A DNA stretch of 61,116 bases, the filler included, from Dirinaria sp. TL-2023a (taxonomy: Eukaryota): the NCBI GenBank assembly GCA_051941275.1. It is 3 parts of 3 records of this genome, joined end to end, with 100 filler letters (N's around TTAATTAATTAA, not from the genome) between each part and the next. Parts side by side here need not be neighbours in the genome. Positions count along the whole stretch, not along the records: positions 40,826 to 61,116 come from JAVEBF010000294.1; 2 more parts are not named here. One strand, written 5' to 3'. Made by a program: the position numbers and the translations under genes. The notes below the pieces were generated by a model. It worked only from the letters and a program-made list of their open reading frames with translations, made no database searches and had not been told where the DNA came from. Below are positions 60,007-61,116 of this stretch, piece by piece; the first letter of the stretch is position 1; each line of letters opens with the position of its first letter.

Positions 60007-61116
60007 GTAATGTAATCTTAGCTAGGGATCTATATCACACTATGCTTTGATGAGCCCACATCCCAGCCTTTTTTCGATAGCTATTGACTAAAATTTCTAT
60101 TCCGTCCCGTCACTGGAGCCCCTAACATTCAAATGAATGAATTCGCCTTCGTAAATGCAGGGGAGCCCGATACTTTTACAAATCACAAACTCGAAACCAA
60201 ATAAAACCCCCATCTTGAACCTTACACCGCCTCCCCTTACTTCTTCCTCTTCATGAAATCCAAATCCAAATTCTCGTTTCTAGTATCCTCGAAAATCAGC
60301 CGCCACACACACACAGAGAGAGAGAGGTGCAACCGCCCCCCCATCTTTTCGCAGAACCATCTAGTTTTGTGCGCTCCGTCTATTACAGCGAGCCGTCCCA
60401 CGATAAACTGCCATCGAATTCCTCTCTGTCGCTATTCCATACTCTACTACCCACAAAAAGAACCCCCCTTCCTTAGATATCTCAGCAACTCCATTCTCAG
60501 AGTCGGCCCAATTGATACCATGAAACCAAGTAACCGCGCTCAGAAGCCGTATGTACACCTATGTAAATCACGATCTAGAGGTATCATGTAGATACGATAA
60601 GGGATTACTAAGATGCGGGGTGTGTATACCGCGCCCGCCTGGGTTTAATGGGGGTCTGTATCATTACTATTTTAACTTATATGAGGCGGTTTTAGAGGAA
60701 GGAAATGTAGAGCTGAGAGCGGAGCCGAGCCTCTGCTCTCCTAGAATCCCTACCCTTAAACCAAATCTCCATCGCCCTTATCCCTACCCCTACCCCCTTT
60801 CTCCCTTCTTCCTACCCAAACCATACATCTCCTTCCTCTCATCCGCTATACCATACATACTTAAAACATATATATACCCGCTTGCGGGTTCTAGACCTCC
60901 TTGCCTATATCCTATTCCTAACCACCACATAGATAGATATGGGTACTTGAGATAAGATAATGTAGATCGGATTCGAGGATCGGAGGATTGGAGGGTTGGA
61001 GGATGTCCCCCCCCCCCACTAACCCAAAAAAAACCCAGGGAAAAAAAGAAAAGGAAAGAGAGGGATGGAAAATTATTTACTTCTGCCACATGAGCTCGTG
61101 GGCAAAAGGGAGAGAG

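Noticed and set aside
1..61116. A single secondary-metabolite cluster or Starship spanning the window
   Set aside because: Segments are artificially joined, and no PKS, NRPS, terpene synthase or DUF3435 captain recombinase was recognised.

Overview
Eukaryotic, filamentous-ascomycete (Pezizomycotina-type) genomic DNA with short GT-AG introns and CTRAC branch points. The window is not one locus. Two artificial 100-bp linkers (44 N + TTAATTAATTAA + 44 N) join three pieces of 20313, 20312 and 20291 bp, which look like unrelated contigs sorted by length. Contig 1 (1-20313) has a NAPE-PLD-type metallo-beta-lactamase, a decayed CC/GG-depleted tract carrying a TIR element and a solo LTR, a truncated Ty1/copia (LTR-PBS-gag), an intronless amidohydrolase and a terminal LTR. 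Contig 2 (20414-40725) has nse4 (truncated) and vps34 head to head, a membrane-anchored J-like protein with HPE instead of HPD, an asco-laccase, a disrupted HNH-nuclease gene, an ISG12/IFI27-like membrane protein and a small candidate myristoylated protein. Contig 3 (40826-61116) has dic1 (truncated), rib3, a HeLo-like-domain protein with C-terminal repeats, a MITE, a FAX/metaxin-like GST, and a sugar porter divergent from a Zn2Cys6 transcription factor. No complete new system can be demonstrated from sequence alone. The best leads are a RIP-like mutation signature with CpC rather than CpA context, a structured element and spliced-uORF architecture upstream of rib3, the HPE J-like protein, and two TIR elements with unusual target-site duplications. 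All family assignments come from motif recognition by eye, with no database searches.
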